A stretch of 64,000 nucleotides of DNA. Source: Bacillota bacterium (GTDB lineage Bacteria > Bacillota > UBA994 > UBA5500). The notes beneath the pieces are model-generated. The model was not told the origin of the DNA. It did not search any database and saw only the letters and a program-made list of their open reading frames with translations. Of the stretch, positions 23,554 through 31,885 are shown in pieces. The stretch spans positions 13,829 through 77,828 of the forward strand of contig JAAYHE010000012.1 in assembly GCA_012735505.1 (NCBI GenBank). The letters are read 5' to 3'. Numbering within the stretch: the stretch's first letter is position 1; the number at the start of each line of letters is the position of its first letter. The position numbers and the translations under genes are program-made.

Positions 23554-24882
23554 GTGCAGCTTATGGTAGGCAAGATTATCGTAGGTATTGTCATCGTGGC
23601 GGGCGTAGCTATCGCTGCTCGGGTGCTATCACCGGTAGATTACAACATCAATAAGGTTTATATGCGTCGGGTATTGCGTGCTAGCCGGCAATTGCGTGAT
23701 GATGAGAGTCTGCGTTCCCTCAAGGTAAGTCGTATCGATGTAGTTGCTTCACCAGAAGAAAATTTAGAGAGAGTTTTTCACCGTTTAAGCTTGATTACCA
23801 ACCGAGGCAGACAGCTTTATTATGTAACCCAATCATTCTATCCCCTAGCCATTCTCTTCGAGGAACGGGAAAAAAAGAAGAAATCAATGGTTACTACCCA
23901 GATAGAAGCCCAGAGCAACCCTTACAATCTGGCTGGTGAAACTAGCGCTGGCATCGAAGTGCCCGAACAAGCTAAAGACGATCCTATCAAAGCTGAAGCA
24001 GAAGAAGCCGAGGTCAAGACAAAGAAAATAGCACGTTTGCAGGCTGAAATTGCACAGCTACGCCTGTTGAACAAGTACACAAATCTGTTTCCCCAATTGC
24101 TTAACTTTGATGAAAAACGCTTGCTCACAGTGGTTACCGATGTGGGTGCCGATCGTCTTGATACTTTGCTAGCCCAAGCAACATTAGAGGAAAAGCAACG
24201 AATATTACATCAGGTGGTAGGACAGCTGGCCAGTTCCCATGCAGGTTCGGCTACCTTCGCGCGAGGCCTTCTACCAGGTATACAATATAATGAGCCGATG
24301 CTACAGAAGTTATTAGAAATGGGCATTTCCCTTTGGACAGCAGCCGGCCTGCTAGTGACTGAAGCAGATATGAAAGAACTAATAGAGAATTTACAGCCTT
24401 TGATAAAGACCTTGCAAGAGAGCGAGCGCGGCTTAAAACTAGGGGAGGCTACTCCGCGCAATTTCTACTGGAATGGCGAGTCTGCTGCCATGCTGGATTG
24501 GGGAAGGGCACGTTGGGACCTGACTTGTTTTGATCTAGCGGAATTGCTTTCTGATCCAGCGGCCGATCTACCTAGGTCGGTAGAACAGACCTTAGTCCAT
24601 GTTTACCTCGAAAAGCGGCAGTGGGATCCCCGCCGTCTACAACATATCGATTATGCCCTTATTATCTACCGCATTGTTTTGTCAGGCTATATGTGCCAGT
24701 ATATTAGTCGGCGGCAAGAGATGAGTGAGGAACAACAGCAACAGTTAGGGGGCGTCAACTGGAGCCCTGAATATCTGTTTCGGGTTTGGGATAAATTGCT
24801 AGAGCAAACATCCCAACGCCCGGAACTAGCTGGACTTGATAGTGCTTTACGACGTATAGATATGCAGCAAATGATTTCCTAA
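23554..24882 (+). CDS. Membrane-anchored protein with a C-terminal degenerate aminoglycoside-phosphotransferase/CotS-like kinase fold (YsxE-like by position)
   Basis: N-terminal TM (IIVGIVIVAGVAIAA), Glu/Lys-rich coiled linker. C-terminal ...PRNFYWNGESAAMLDWGRARWDLTCFDLAEL resembles the APH/CotS HGDLHPGN...IDWE...DLA block with the catalytic His-Gly-Asp replaced by Pro-Arg-Asn. Confidence 0.4.
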   Translation: MQLMVGKIIVGIVIVAGVAIAARVLSPVDYNINKVYMRRVLRASRQLRDDESLRSLKVSRIDVVASPEENLERVFHRLSLITNRGRQLYYVTQSFYPLAILFEEREKKKKSMVTTQIEAQSNPYNLAGETSAGIEVPEQAKDDPIKAEAEEAEVKTKKIARLQAEIAQLRLLNKYTNLFPQLLNFDEKRLLTVVTDVGADRLDTLLAQATLEEKQRILHQVVGQLASSHAGSATFARGLLPGIQYNEPMLQKLLEMGISLWTAAGLLVTEADMKELIENLQPLIKTLQESERGLKLGEATPRNFYWNGESAAMLDWGRARWDLTCFDLAELLSDPAADLPRSVEQTLVHVYLEKRQWDPRRLQHIDYALIIYRIVLSGYMCQYISRRQEMSEEQQQQLGGVNWSPEYLFRVWDKLLEQTSQRPELAGLDSALRRIDMQQMIS

Positions 24883-24924
24883 TAGCCAATCTAGTATCTG
24901 GGGTATTTGACAGGAGGAAAGATA

Positions 24925-26223
24925 ATGGATTACCAGGCAGCACTTGCCTATATTTCTTCATTTGGCCGTTTTGGCAGCCGACCTGGTTTAGAACGAATGA
25001 ACTGGCTCTTAGAACGTTTGGGGCATCCAGACAAAAGTTTGCGATTTATTCACATTGGTGGCACCAATGGTAAAGGCTCAACCTCCGCTTTAGTGTATAA
25101 CATTTTGCGGGCTGCCGGCTATCGGGTCGGTATGTTTACTTCTCCTTATCTCGAATCTTTTACTAATCGCATTGGGGTACAAGGGGAAGACATCAAGGTT
25201 GAGCATTTGGTGGCTTTGGTGAAGCGTTTGCGACCGCTTTTTGATGAGATTAACCAGACTGCCTTAGGCCCTATTACCCAATTCGAGGTTACCACTACCC
25301 TAGCTTTAGTTTACTATCAGCAATTGGAATTAGATTTTGTGGTTTGGGAAGTAGGCTTAGGCGGTCGCTTAGATGCAACGAATGTGGTAAAGCCTATAGT
25401 TAGTGTGATAACTAATATTGGCCGTGATCATACCGAAGTATTAGGAGAAACGATAACTGCCATAGCAAGTGAAAAGGCAGGCATCATTAAACCTAAAGTT
25501 CCCTTAATTACAGCAGTACAAGATGCAGAGGCCTGGCAAGTAATTGCGGCGCATGCAGCGGCTTTGGAGGCGCCTGTTTATCTCTTAGGGGTTGACTTTT
25601 CATATCGGCGTAACTCGTTCACTTTACAAGGACAAAGTTTCGATTATCGAGACTCGCAGGTTGAGTGGCGAGATTTGCGTTTGCATTTGTTAGGTGAGCA
25701 TCAGTGCAAGAATGCTGCTACTGCCTTGGCCGTGACGAGTGAATTACGTAAGCAGGGGTTCAATATAGACGAAAATGCTTGTCGCCGAGGGCTAGAAGCT
25801 ACGCGTTGGCTAGGGCGTCTGGAAATCATGTGCGACGATCCGCTAGTGATTGTTGACGGCGCCCACAATCCTCATGGCACACGTGTTTTGCAGCAGGCAC
25901 TGCAAGAGTACTTTCCGGGGCGGCCCATTACCATGGTATTAGGTATCTTAAGAGATAAGGAGCGGCAGGAAATGTTGGCACACTTGTTGCCCCTAGCTAG
26001 CCGTGTAATTTTCGCCGCCCCGAGCTATGGTAGAGCTATTGACCCGGCTCTATTGCTAAAGGATGCAGCCGCTTACAAAATACCGGCGTCCACCGCTGCT
26101 ACAGTAGCCGAGGCTATCGATGCTGCTCTGGCAGGGGTAGCGCCAAATGAAGTGGTGCTGGTAGCTGGTTCCCTTTATACGGTGGCTGAAGCAAGGGAGC
26201 GCTTAAAGGAAGTCTGTAAGTAA
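24925..26223 (+). CDS. folC: Folylpolyglutamate synthase / dihydrofolate synthase
   Basis: HIGGTNGKGST P-loop, Mur-ligase middle and C domains. AGGAGG SD 7 nt before the ATG at 24925. Confidence 0.9.
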   Translation: MDYQAALAYISSFGRFGSRPGLERMNWLLERLGHPDKSLRFIHIGGTNGKGSTSALVYNILRAAGYRVGMFTSPYLESFTNRIGVQGEDIKVEHLVALVKRLRPLFDEINQTALGPITQFEVTTTLALVYYQQLELDFVVWEVGLGGRLDATNVVKPIVSVITNIGRDHTEVLGETITAIASEKAGIIKPKVPLITAVQDAEAWQVIAAHAAALEAPVYLLGVDFSYRRNSFTLQGQSFDYRDSQVEWRDLRLHLLGEHQCKNAATALAVTSELRKQGFNIDENACRRGLEATRWLGRLEIMCDDPLVIVDGAHNPHGTRVLQQALQEYFPGRPITMVLGILRDKERQEMLAHLLPLASRVIFAAPSYGRAIDPALLLKDAAAYKIPASTAATVAEAIDAALAGVAPNEVVLVAGSLYTVAEARERLKEVCK

Positions 26224-26268
26224 GGGAACTGACCTAGCTACAGCCTTTAAGCTTATCGAATTGTGATG

Positions 26269-26315
26269 CAGGGCGTATCTGTCCACCTGGACCGATACGC
26301 CCTGTTTTTGCTTTT
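26269..26315 (+). terminator. Strong terminator after folC
   Basis: CAGGGCGTATC...GATACGCCCTG long stem with an inner GTCCA/TGGAC stem, followed by TTTTTGCTTTT. Confidence 0.85.
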
Positions 26316-26421
26316 ACCGGGCAGAGGCAGGAAATATACCTACCCTTAGCATCACCGCGGCAGCAGGTATTGGCTAGTCTGGTAGCGAAAAAAGATAAGA
26401 CAGGATGGAGGTAGATGCAAA

Positions 26422-27285
26422 ATGCGTTCACGTAGACGGCGACGCCGGAAACCATCGCCTTGGCGGCAAATAGGTGTGTATGTCTTTGTGGGTGTCTTAG
26501 CCATAATTTGCGGGTGGGTGATCAACACCTTGTTAGTGCAAGGCTATTTATGGGCTCCGTCTATTCCTAAGGTGGATCCTGTTAACGAGGGGCCGCAAGA
26601 TCCTGTACCAGAAGATCCTGTACCAGAAGACCCCGGATCTCTCCCGCAGCCATCAGAGCAAACGGCTCAAATTTCCCTGCGTTCGGCTCGTTTATATCTA
26701 ACGCAAATAGCCGCTGTTGAAAACAAAGGGGGAGCCGATGCTCTAATCGCGAAATTGAGAGAGCAAGGCTATGCAGGTGCTTATCATTATGATGGGAAAC
26801 TCTATCGGGTATTTGCCGGCATCTTTGCCGACAAAGCTGCGGCTGATGCATTGGGTCAAATGCTAAAGGCGTCGCAGATAGATTCTTTCACTAAAGAACT
26901 ATCTTGGCCCGCTAGCGAGGCAACGATAAGTGGGGCGTATGCTACCTACTTTGACGACGTCCAACCTGCGTTAAAGGCGATAGAAAAGGTATTTTTCGAC
27001 CTTCTCGACACTAAAGGCTTTGACCAAAGTACGCTTGCTCACTTGCAGTCGTCTATGCAAGAGGCGTCTAATGTGTTATCGCAAGCTAATCCTGATAAAG
27101 CATTGGAGTCGTTGCATGCTGATTTGTTAACAGCTTGTACCCAGCTACAGGAGGCAGTTAGAGCTGTTGAGCAGTTTATGACCACTGGAGACGACCAAAG
27201 CCGGATAGCGAGTGAAAGCCATCTCATTACGGTTGCTAGATGTTTTCACAATATCACTAATACTATTAATAACCTGTTTGAATAA
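26422..27285 (+). CDS. SPOR-domain (peptidoglycan-binding) membrane protein with a Pro/Asp/Glu-rich linker
   Basis: Basic N-terminus MRSRRRRRRKPSP followed by a TM helix, PQDPVPEDPVPEDPGS linker, and a SPOR-like segment AAVENKGGADALIAKLREQGYAGAYHYDGKLYRVFAGIFADKAAADALG. Confidence 0.65.
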   Translation: MRSRRRRRRKPSPWRQIGVYVFVGVLAIICGWVINTLLVQGYLWAPSIPKVDPVNEGPQDPVPEDPVPEDPGSLPQPSEQTAQISLRSARLYLTQIAAVENKGGADALIAKLREQGYAGAYHYDGKLYRVFAGIFADKAAADALGQMLKASQIDSFTKELSWPASEATISGAYATYFDDVQPALKAIEKVFFDLLDTKGFDQSTLAHLQSSMQEASNVLSQANPDKALESLHADLLTACTQLQEAVRAVEQFMTTGDDQSRIASESHLITVARCFHNITNTINNLFE

Positions 27286-27324
27286 CTAGCGATACTAAAT
27301 ACTCTTTTTCGTCAAATTCAAACA

Positions 27325-27333
27325 TGGTATAAT
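27325..27333 (+). promoter_or_regulatory. Extended -10 promoter element (TGGTATAAT) for the hydrogenase-sensor cassette
   Basis: TGnTATAAT ~100 nt upstream of the RsbW-like gene. Followed by the inverted repeat AAGTG-N7-CACTT at 27340-27356. Confidence 0.45.
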
Positions 27334-27437
27334 CACAGAAAGTGGCCCGTTCACTTGACCTGGCTTAGTCCCAATGGAGTTTGGAATATTTCGTACTGAG
27401 CTCTACTAGGATTAGAGAGCATAGGGAGGTCTGAAAA

Positions 27438-27866
27438 TTGAACGGGAATGCCCGGTTGGAGATGCGTTTCCAGGTTAACGGCAATGACTTTATCCAGGCG
27501 GGAGAGGCTTCTAGTAAAATCAAGCGTACCCTGCAACAAATTGGCATAGATTCTAGGGTTATCCGCCGAGTTGTCATTTCTTCTTATGAGGCGGAAATGA
27601 ATATAACTATTCATGCTTATCGGGGTGAGATATTATTTACCATTTGGCCAAATCTGATACAAATTGTGGCACAGGATGAGGGGCCGGGTATCAGTGACCT
27701 AGAGGCCGCCATGCAAGAAGGGTACTCGACCGCCCCTGAAAATGTGCGTCAGATGGGTTTTGGTGCCGGTATGGGGCTACCTAATATGAAAAAAAACACC
27801 GATGAAATGCAGATAGAAACAGAAGAAGGAAGGGGAACCCGGATTACCATGAAAATATATCTCTGA
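27438..27866 (+). CDS. RsbW/SpoIIAB-like anti-sigma-factor-type Ser kinase (GHKL ATPase)
   Basis: 142 aa with TTG start after GGGAGG SD. G1 box DEGPGI and G2 box GFGAGMGL; the size matches partner-switching kinases. Confidence 0.7.
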   Translation: MNGNARLEMRFQVNGNDFIQAGEASSKIKRTLQQIGIDSRVIRRVVISSYEAEMNITIHAYRGEILFTIWPNLIQIVAQDEGPGISDLEAAMQEGYSTAPENVRQMGFGAGMGLPNMKKNTDEMQIETEEGRGTRITMKIYL

Positions 27867-27879
27867 TGGGAGGCGTATT

Positions 27880-29145
27880 TTGGTGCGCTATTTCCATGCG
27901 GTGCGCCTTGACCAAGAGAGGTGTACAGGATGTACCAACTGCATCAAACATTGTCCGACGGAAGCTATAAGGGTACAGAGTGGTAAAGCTTATATTATCG
28001 AAGAACGCTGTGTAGATTGCGGTGTTTGCATCCGGGTTTGTCCCAATCATGCTAAATTCGCTCATACAGATTCGCTGTCAGCACTAGAAAATTATACATA
28101 TAACGTCGCTCTACCGGCTCCCGCTTTGTTTGGCCAGTTTAGTGAATTGAGCGATCCCAAACAAGTTTTGGATGCTCTCATTACCTTAGGTTTTGATGCT
28201 GTGTTCGAGGTGCCGCGGGCGGCCGACTTAATCTCGCAGGCGATGCGCGATTTTATTAAGACAGCAGGGGCTGGATCTTAGATTTCTGCTAGCTGTCCGG
28301 CGGTTGTTCGCCTCATTCAGGTACGTTTCCCCGAGTTAATTCCCAACCTGATTCCGATTGAATCTCCGATGGAGGTGGCTGGCTTTTTAGCGAGAGCCCT
28401 GGCTCAGCAAGAAACAGGGTTGATATCTGAAGATATAGGTGTATGGTTTATCACGCCCTGCCCTGCTAAAGTGACGGCCATCTACCAGCCGGAAGCTTTG
28501 CACCATTCTAACGTAAGTGGTGCGATTGCGATTTCCCAAATATATGGCGACCTATTGAGACTGTTGCCTGAGCAAGCCTCCAGTAGCTCTATCTGGTGTG
28601 CTAGTGGTTACGGTCTGGGCTGGGGGCGAGCCGGTGGGGAAACTTTAGCGGTAGGAATCGCGAATCATTTGTCGGTAGATGGGATAGAGCATTTGATACC
28701 TTTATTGGAAGAACTGGAAATGGGTAGGTTGCGAGATATTGCCTTTTTAGAGTGTCAGGCCTGTGTAGGTGGTTGTCTCGGGGGTGCTCTCACTGTCGAG
28801 AATCCCTTTATCGCCAGAGTCAGGTTGCGCAAGTTGGCTGCAAAATTGCCTCAGGCAGTAGAGTATTCCCTAGAAGCTTTTCAAGAGCAGTTTGGCGATA
28901 TTTTTTCCTTCCGGGGAGAAGTTACGCCGCGTCCTATCCAGCCTTTAGATGACAATTTGTTCTTAGCTATTGCCAAGATGGACTACATGGAGGAAATAGT
29001 CAAGGAACTGCCTGGTTTAGACTGTGGCGCTTGTGGCGCTCCCAATTGTCGGGCCTTAGCGGAAGACATTGTAAGGGGAAGGGCCCGTGCCAGTGACTGT
29101 ATCATTACAATCCGGAATAGATTGAAAAGAGGGAGTAGTGAATGA
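27880..29145 (+). pseudogene. HydS-like sensory [FeFe]-hydrogenase paralogue (N-terminal 2x[4Fe-4S] ferredoxin plus H-cluster domain) interrupted by an in-frame TAG at 28279-28281
   Basis: Frame 1 throughout. Ferredoxin motifs CTGCTNCIKHCP and CVDCGVCIRVCP. After the TAG the same frame continues ISASCPAVVRLIQ... (degenerate L1), FITPCPAKV (L2 MPCxxK) and FLECQACVGGCLGG (L3). No in-frame ATG/GTG/TTG lies between the TAG and the L1-like motif. Confidence 0.6.
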
Positions 29146-29504
29146 CACTAAGCGAGATTGTGCGTCAACTGGACCTAAAGGTATTGACGTTTATGCCAGA
29201 AAATGATCTTGAGGTCCGATATGGTTATGCATCAGACCTGTTGAGCGATGTCTTGGGGCAGGCCCCCCCAGGTGCTCTTTGGGTTACCTTACAATGTCAC
29301 CCCAACGTTATTGCTATAGCCTCACTCCTTGATTTATCTGCCGTCTTGTTGGTGGGGGGGATCTTACCCGATCAAGCTACACTGGAACGTGGTCAAGAAA
29401 CTGGGGTCACGATTTTATCAACCGAACTACCGACCTTCGAAATAGTGGGTCGTTTGTACCAATTAGGGTTACGGGGCAGTACGAGATCGTGTCTCGATGG
29501 CTAA
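29142..29504 (+). CDS. DRTGG-domain protein
   Basis: 120 aa, ...LLVGGILPDQATLERGQETGVTIL..., small α/β domain of the DRTGG type. The ATGA overlaps the upstream stop. Confidence 0.6.
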   Translation: MTLSEIVRQLDLKVLTFMPENDLEVRYGYASDLLSDVLGQAPPGALWVTLQCHPNVIAIASLLDLSAVLLVGGILPDQATLERGQETGVTILSTELPTFEIVGRLYQLGLRGSTRSCLDG

Positions 29505-30250
29505 GAATAGATTTACATATCCATAGTGCACTTTCGGCTTGTGCCCTACCAGAGATGACCCCTAACAATATAGTCAACATGGCATCGGTCCTAGGACTAG
29601 ATGTTATCGCGGTTACCGATCATCATGCTGCTGCCAATGTGCTACCGATCTTAGATTTGGCGCAGCAAGCAGGTATTATTTGTATTCCTGGTATAGAAGT
29701 GCAAAGTAGGGAAGACGTACACCTGCTCTGTTATTTTCAAACCTATCAACCCTTACGAGCTTTTACTGATTTTGTTACCTCTTTATTAGATCCTCAAATA
29801 CAGCTGCCAAAAAATTTAGGGAAACAATTAATTTTTGATGAGACCGATACAATTATAGGGGAGGAATCTAGGTTCTTACACCAGTCGATTCCTTTATCTA
29901 CTGAAGAACTCTGGCGGGTAGCCGAAAGTTTTGGGGCATGCTGTCTGCCAGCACATATAGACCGGCCTGCTTTTGGTATCCTCAGCCAGTTAGGCTTTAT
30001 ACCGCCCTCGCTGCCGGTGAAGGTAGTAGAGGTGACAATGGGTCAACTAGCAAGGCCGTCTAAGCATTTACCACTAGACGGGATGGCGGTTATCACGGCT
30101 TCTGATGCCCATTCTTTAGAACAAATGGTTACACCAGGTCATTCGCAACTGCACCCGTCTCTGAATTCGGTAACAAGAATCTGGCAATGGTTGCGGAATC
30201 CACAGATCGATTTGTTGCGTTCTTTTCAATCCGAATTAGAAGACCAATAG
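29489..30250 (+). CDS. PHP-domain metal-dependent phosphoesterase
   Basis: RIDLHIHSALSACA...VIAVTDHH...HIDRP are PHP His/Asp metal-ligand motifs. GTG start overlaps the DRTGG gene by 16 nt. Confidence 0.7.
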   Translation: MSRWLRIDLHIHSALSACALPEMTPNNIVNMASVLGLDVIAVTDHHAAANVLPILDLAQQAGIICIPGIEVQSREDVHLLCYFQTYQPLRAFTDFVTSLLDPQIQLPKNLGKQLIFDETDTIIGEESRFLHQSIPLSTEELWRVAESFGACCLPAHIDRPAFGILSQLGFIPPSLPVKVVEVTMGQLARPSKHLPLDGMAVITASDAHSLEQMVTPGHSQLHPSLNSVTRIWQWLRNPQIDLLRSFQSELEDQ

Positions 30251-30374
30251 CCTGATGTTTACGGGTAATGCCCTAAACATAAAGCGTAGCACCGTGTTAT
30301 CCGTGCTACCACCACACAAGCAAATGGCCAAGCACCCAAGCGTGGGTAGTCTTGGCTATTTCCTTGTTTGGATA

Positions 30375-30409
30375 AAGTGAATGATTTCACATTCACAAAT
30401 TATTGTGAA
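30375..30409. promoter_or_regulatory. Rex (redox repressor) operator upstream of hydC
   Basis: AAGTGAA-TGAT-TTCACAT (30375-30392) fits TTGTGAA-N4-TTCACAA at 12/14 core positions. An overlapping everted copy TTCACAA-ATTA-TTGTGAA lies at 30392-30409. Located ~30-45 nt upstream of the hydC start. Confidence 0.6.
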
Positions 30410-30421
30410 GAATGGAGGTTA

Positions 30422-30919
30422 ATGATGTTGGAAGCGAAACATTGTGTTGGCTGCAGGCAGCTAAACGACCCTCGTTACGAACAACTGGAGGAGCTAATCG
30501 CGCGTTACAAGTCGCAAAAAGGGGCTTTGATCCCAGTCTTACACGAAGCTCAGGAGATATTCGGTTATCTGCCAGAGGAAGTGCAGCGTCGGGTTGCTGA
30601 TGGTCTTGACATACCCCTTAGCGAAGTTTATGGGGTCGCCACCTTCTACTCCTTGTTTTCCTTAAAGCCTCGGGGTAAGCACAAAATAGGTGTTTGTTTG
30701 GGAACAGCCTGTTATGTGCGGGGGGCAGGTGCCATCCTAGCGGAGTTGGAAAAAGAACTAGACATCAAAGTGAATGACACTACGCCCGATGGCAAGTTCA
30801 CCTTAGAGGTAACACGCTGCATTGGTGCTTGCGGCCTGGCACCTGTCATGACAATAGACGAGGATGTTTTTGGTCGGCTAACGCCAGAGCGAATTAAAGA
30901 TATTTTGGCTAGGTACTAG
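30422..30919 (+). CDS. hydC: Bifurcating [FeFe]-hydrogenase subunit HydC (NuoE-like thioredoxin-fold [2Fe-2S])
   Basis: ALIPVLHEAQ...CLGTACYVRGA...CIGACGLAPVM. GGAGGT SD before the ATG at 30422. Confidence 0.88.
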   Translation: MMLEAKHCVGCRQLNDPRYEQLEELIARYKSQKGALIPVLHEAQEIFGYLPEEVQRRVADGLDIPLSEVYGVATFYSLFSLKPRGKHKIGVCLGTACYVRGAGAILAELEKELDIKVNDTTPDGKFTLEVTRCIGACGLAPVMTIDEDVFGRLTPERIKDILARY

Positions 30920-30923
30920 AGCG

Positions 30924-31466
30924 ATGCGAGAAATCTCCCTACATGTTCTTGATTTGGCTCAAAACTCCATAGCTGCTAATGCAACCGAGATATTCATCCT
31001 CTTAGAGGAGGATTTAGCAACTAATTGCTTGCGTCTCATGGTGCGTGACAATGGGCATGGCATGACGAAGGAACAATGCCGCAAGGCCTTAGACCCGTTT
31101 TATACAACTAGAACGGCTCGCAAAGTAGGTTTAGGTTTGGCTCTATTGCAGGCAGCAGCAGAGCGTGCGGCGGGTCAGGTGCGCATTTGTTCCGAGCTAG
31201 GTAAGGGAACAACTGTGTTCGCTGATTTTATGTACGACCATATAGACAGAGCCCCTATCGGTGACATGGCTGCAACCTTAGTCAGTATCATCACGCTTAA
31301 TGAACAGTGTCACATCACTTATAGGCATCGTCGTGACCAGCGAGAGTTTACTGTCAGTAGCCGAGAACTAAAGCAGGAGCTTGCCGGGATGCCCCTCAAT
31401 CATCCGCAGGTAGTGGCCTGGCTAGGGAGATATATGCGGGAGCTAGAAAAAACCTTGGAGGTGTAA
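30924..31466 (+). CDS. Histidine-kinase-like GHKL ATPase domain protein (no DHp/His domain)
   Basis: VRDNGHGM (G1) and GLGLALL (G2); 180 aa. Confidence 0.65.
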   Translation: MREISLHVLDLAQNSIAANATEIFILLEEDLATNCLRLMVRDNGHGMTKEQCRKALDPFYTTRTARKVGLGLALLQAAAERAAGQVRICSELGKGTTVFADFMYDHIDRAPIGDMAATLVSIITLNEQCHITYRHRRDQREFTVSSRELKQELAGMPLNHPQVVAWLGRYMRELEKTLEV

Positions 31467-31468
31467 AG

Positions 31469-31828
31469 ATGAAGTCTTTAGAGGACCTCAAAAAGCTGAG
31501 GGAGAGTGCGCAACAGATAATGCGCTTGCGCGAGGGTGGAGAAAGCATTCGGATCGTTATGGGCATGGGGACTTGCGGTATCGCAGCTGGAGCTCGAGAG
31601 ACTCTAGCTGCCATTATGGAGGAGCTGCAGGCGCACAACCTGCATGACGTGATTGTCACACAAACTGGTTGCGCAGGCCTGTGCGACAAAGAGCCTTTGG
31701 TCGATGTCATTTGGCCAGGGCAACCCCGTATCAGCTACGGCAATGTAGATGCTGAGCGGGCACGCCAGATAGTCCTCCAACATGTGAAAAACAAGCAGGT
31801 TGTCGAAGAATGGGTAATTAGGCGCTAA
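31469..31828 (+). CDS. Thioredoxin-like [2Fe-2S] ferredoxin (HydD-like small subunit)
   Basis: 119 aa, Cys pattern GTCGIAAGARE...CAGLCDKEP. Confidence 0.7.
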   Translation: MKSLEDLKKLRESAQQIMRLREGGESIRIVMGMGTCGIAAGARETLAAIMEELQAHNLHDVIVTQTGCAGLCDKEPLVDVIWPGQPRISYGNVDAERARQIVLQHVKNKQVVEEWVIRR

Positions 31829-31885
31829 CATGCACCACTAGCACCTACTTTAAGTAACGATTAGAAGCAAGGAGGTATTAGACGT

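Noticed and set aside
26234-26455. 73-aa minus-strand ORF between folC and the SPOR gene
   Set aside because: It spans the folC terminator hairpin and the SPOR gene promoter/SD, and is Cys/Arg-rich with no SD.
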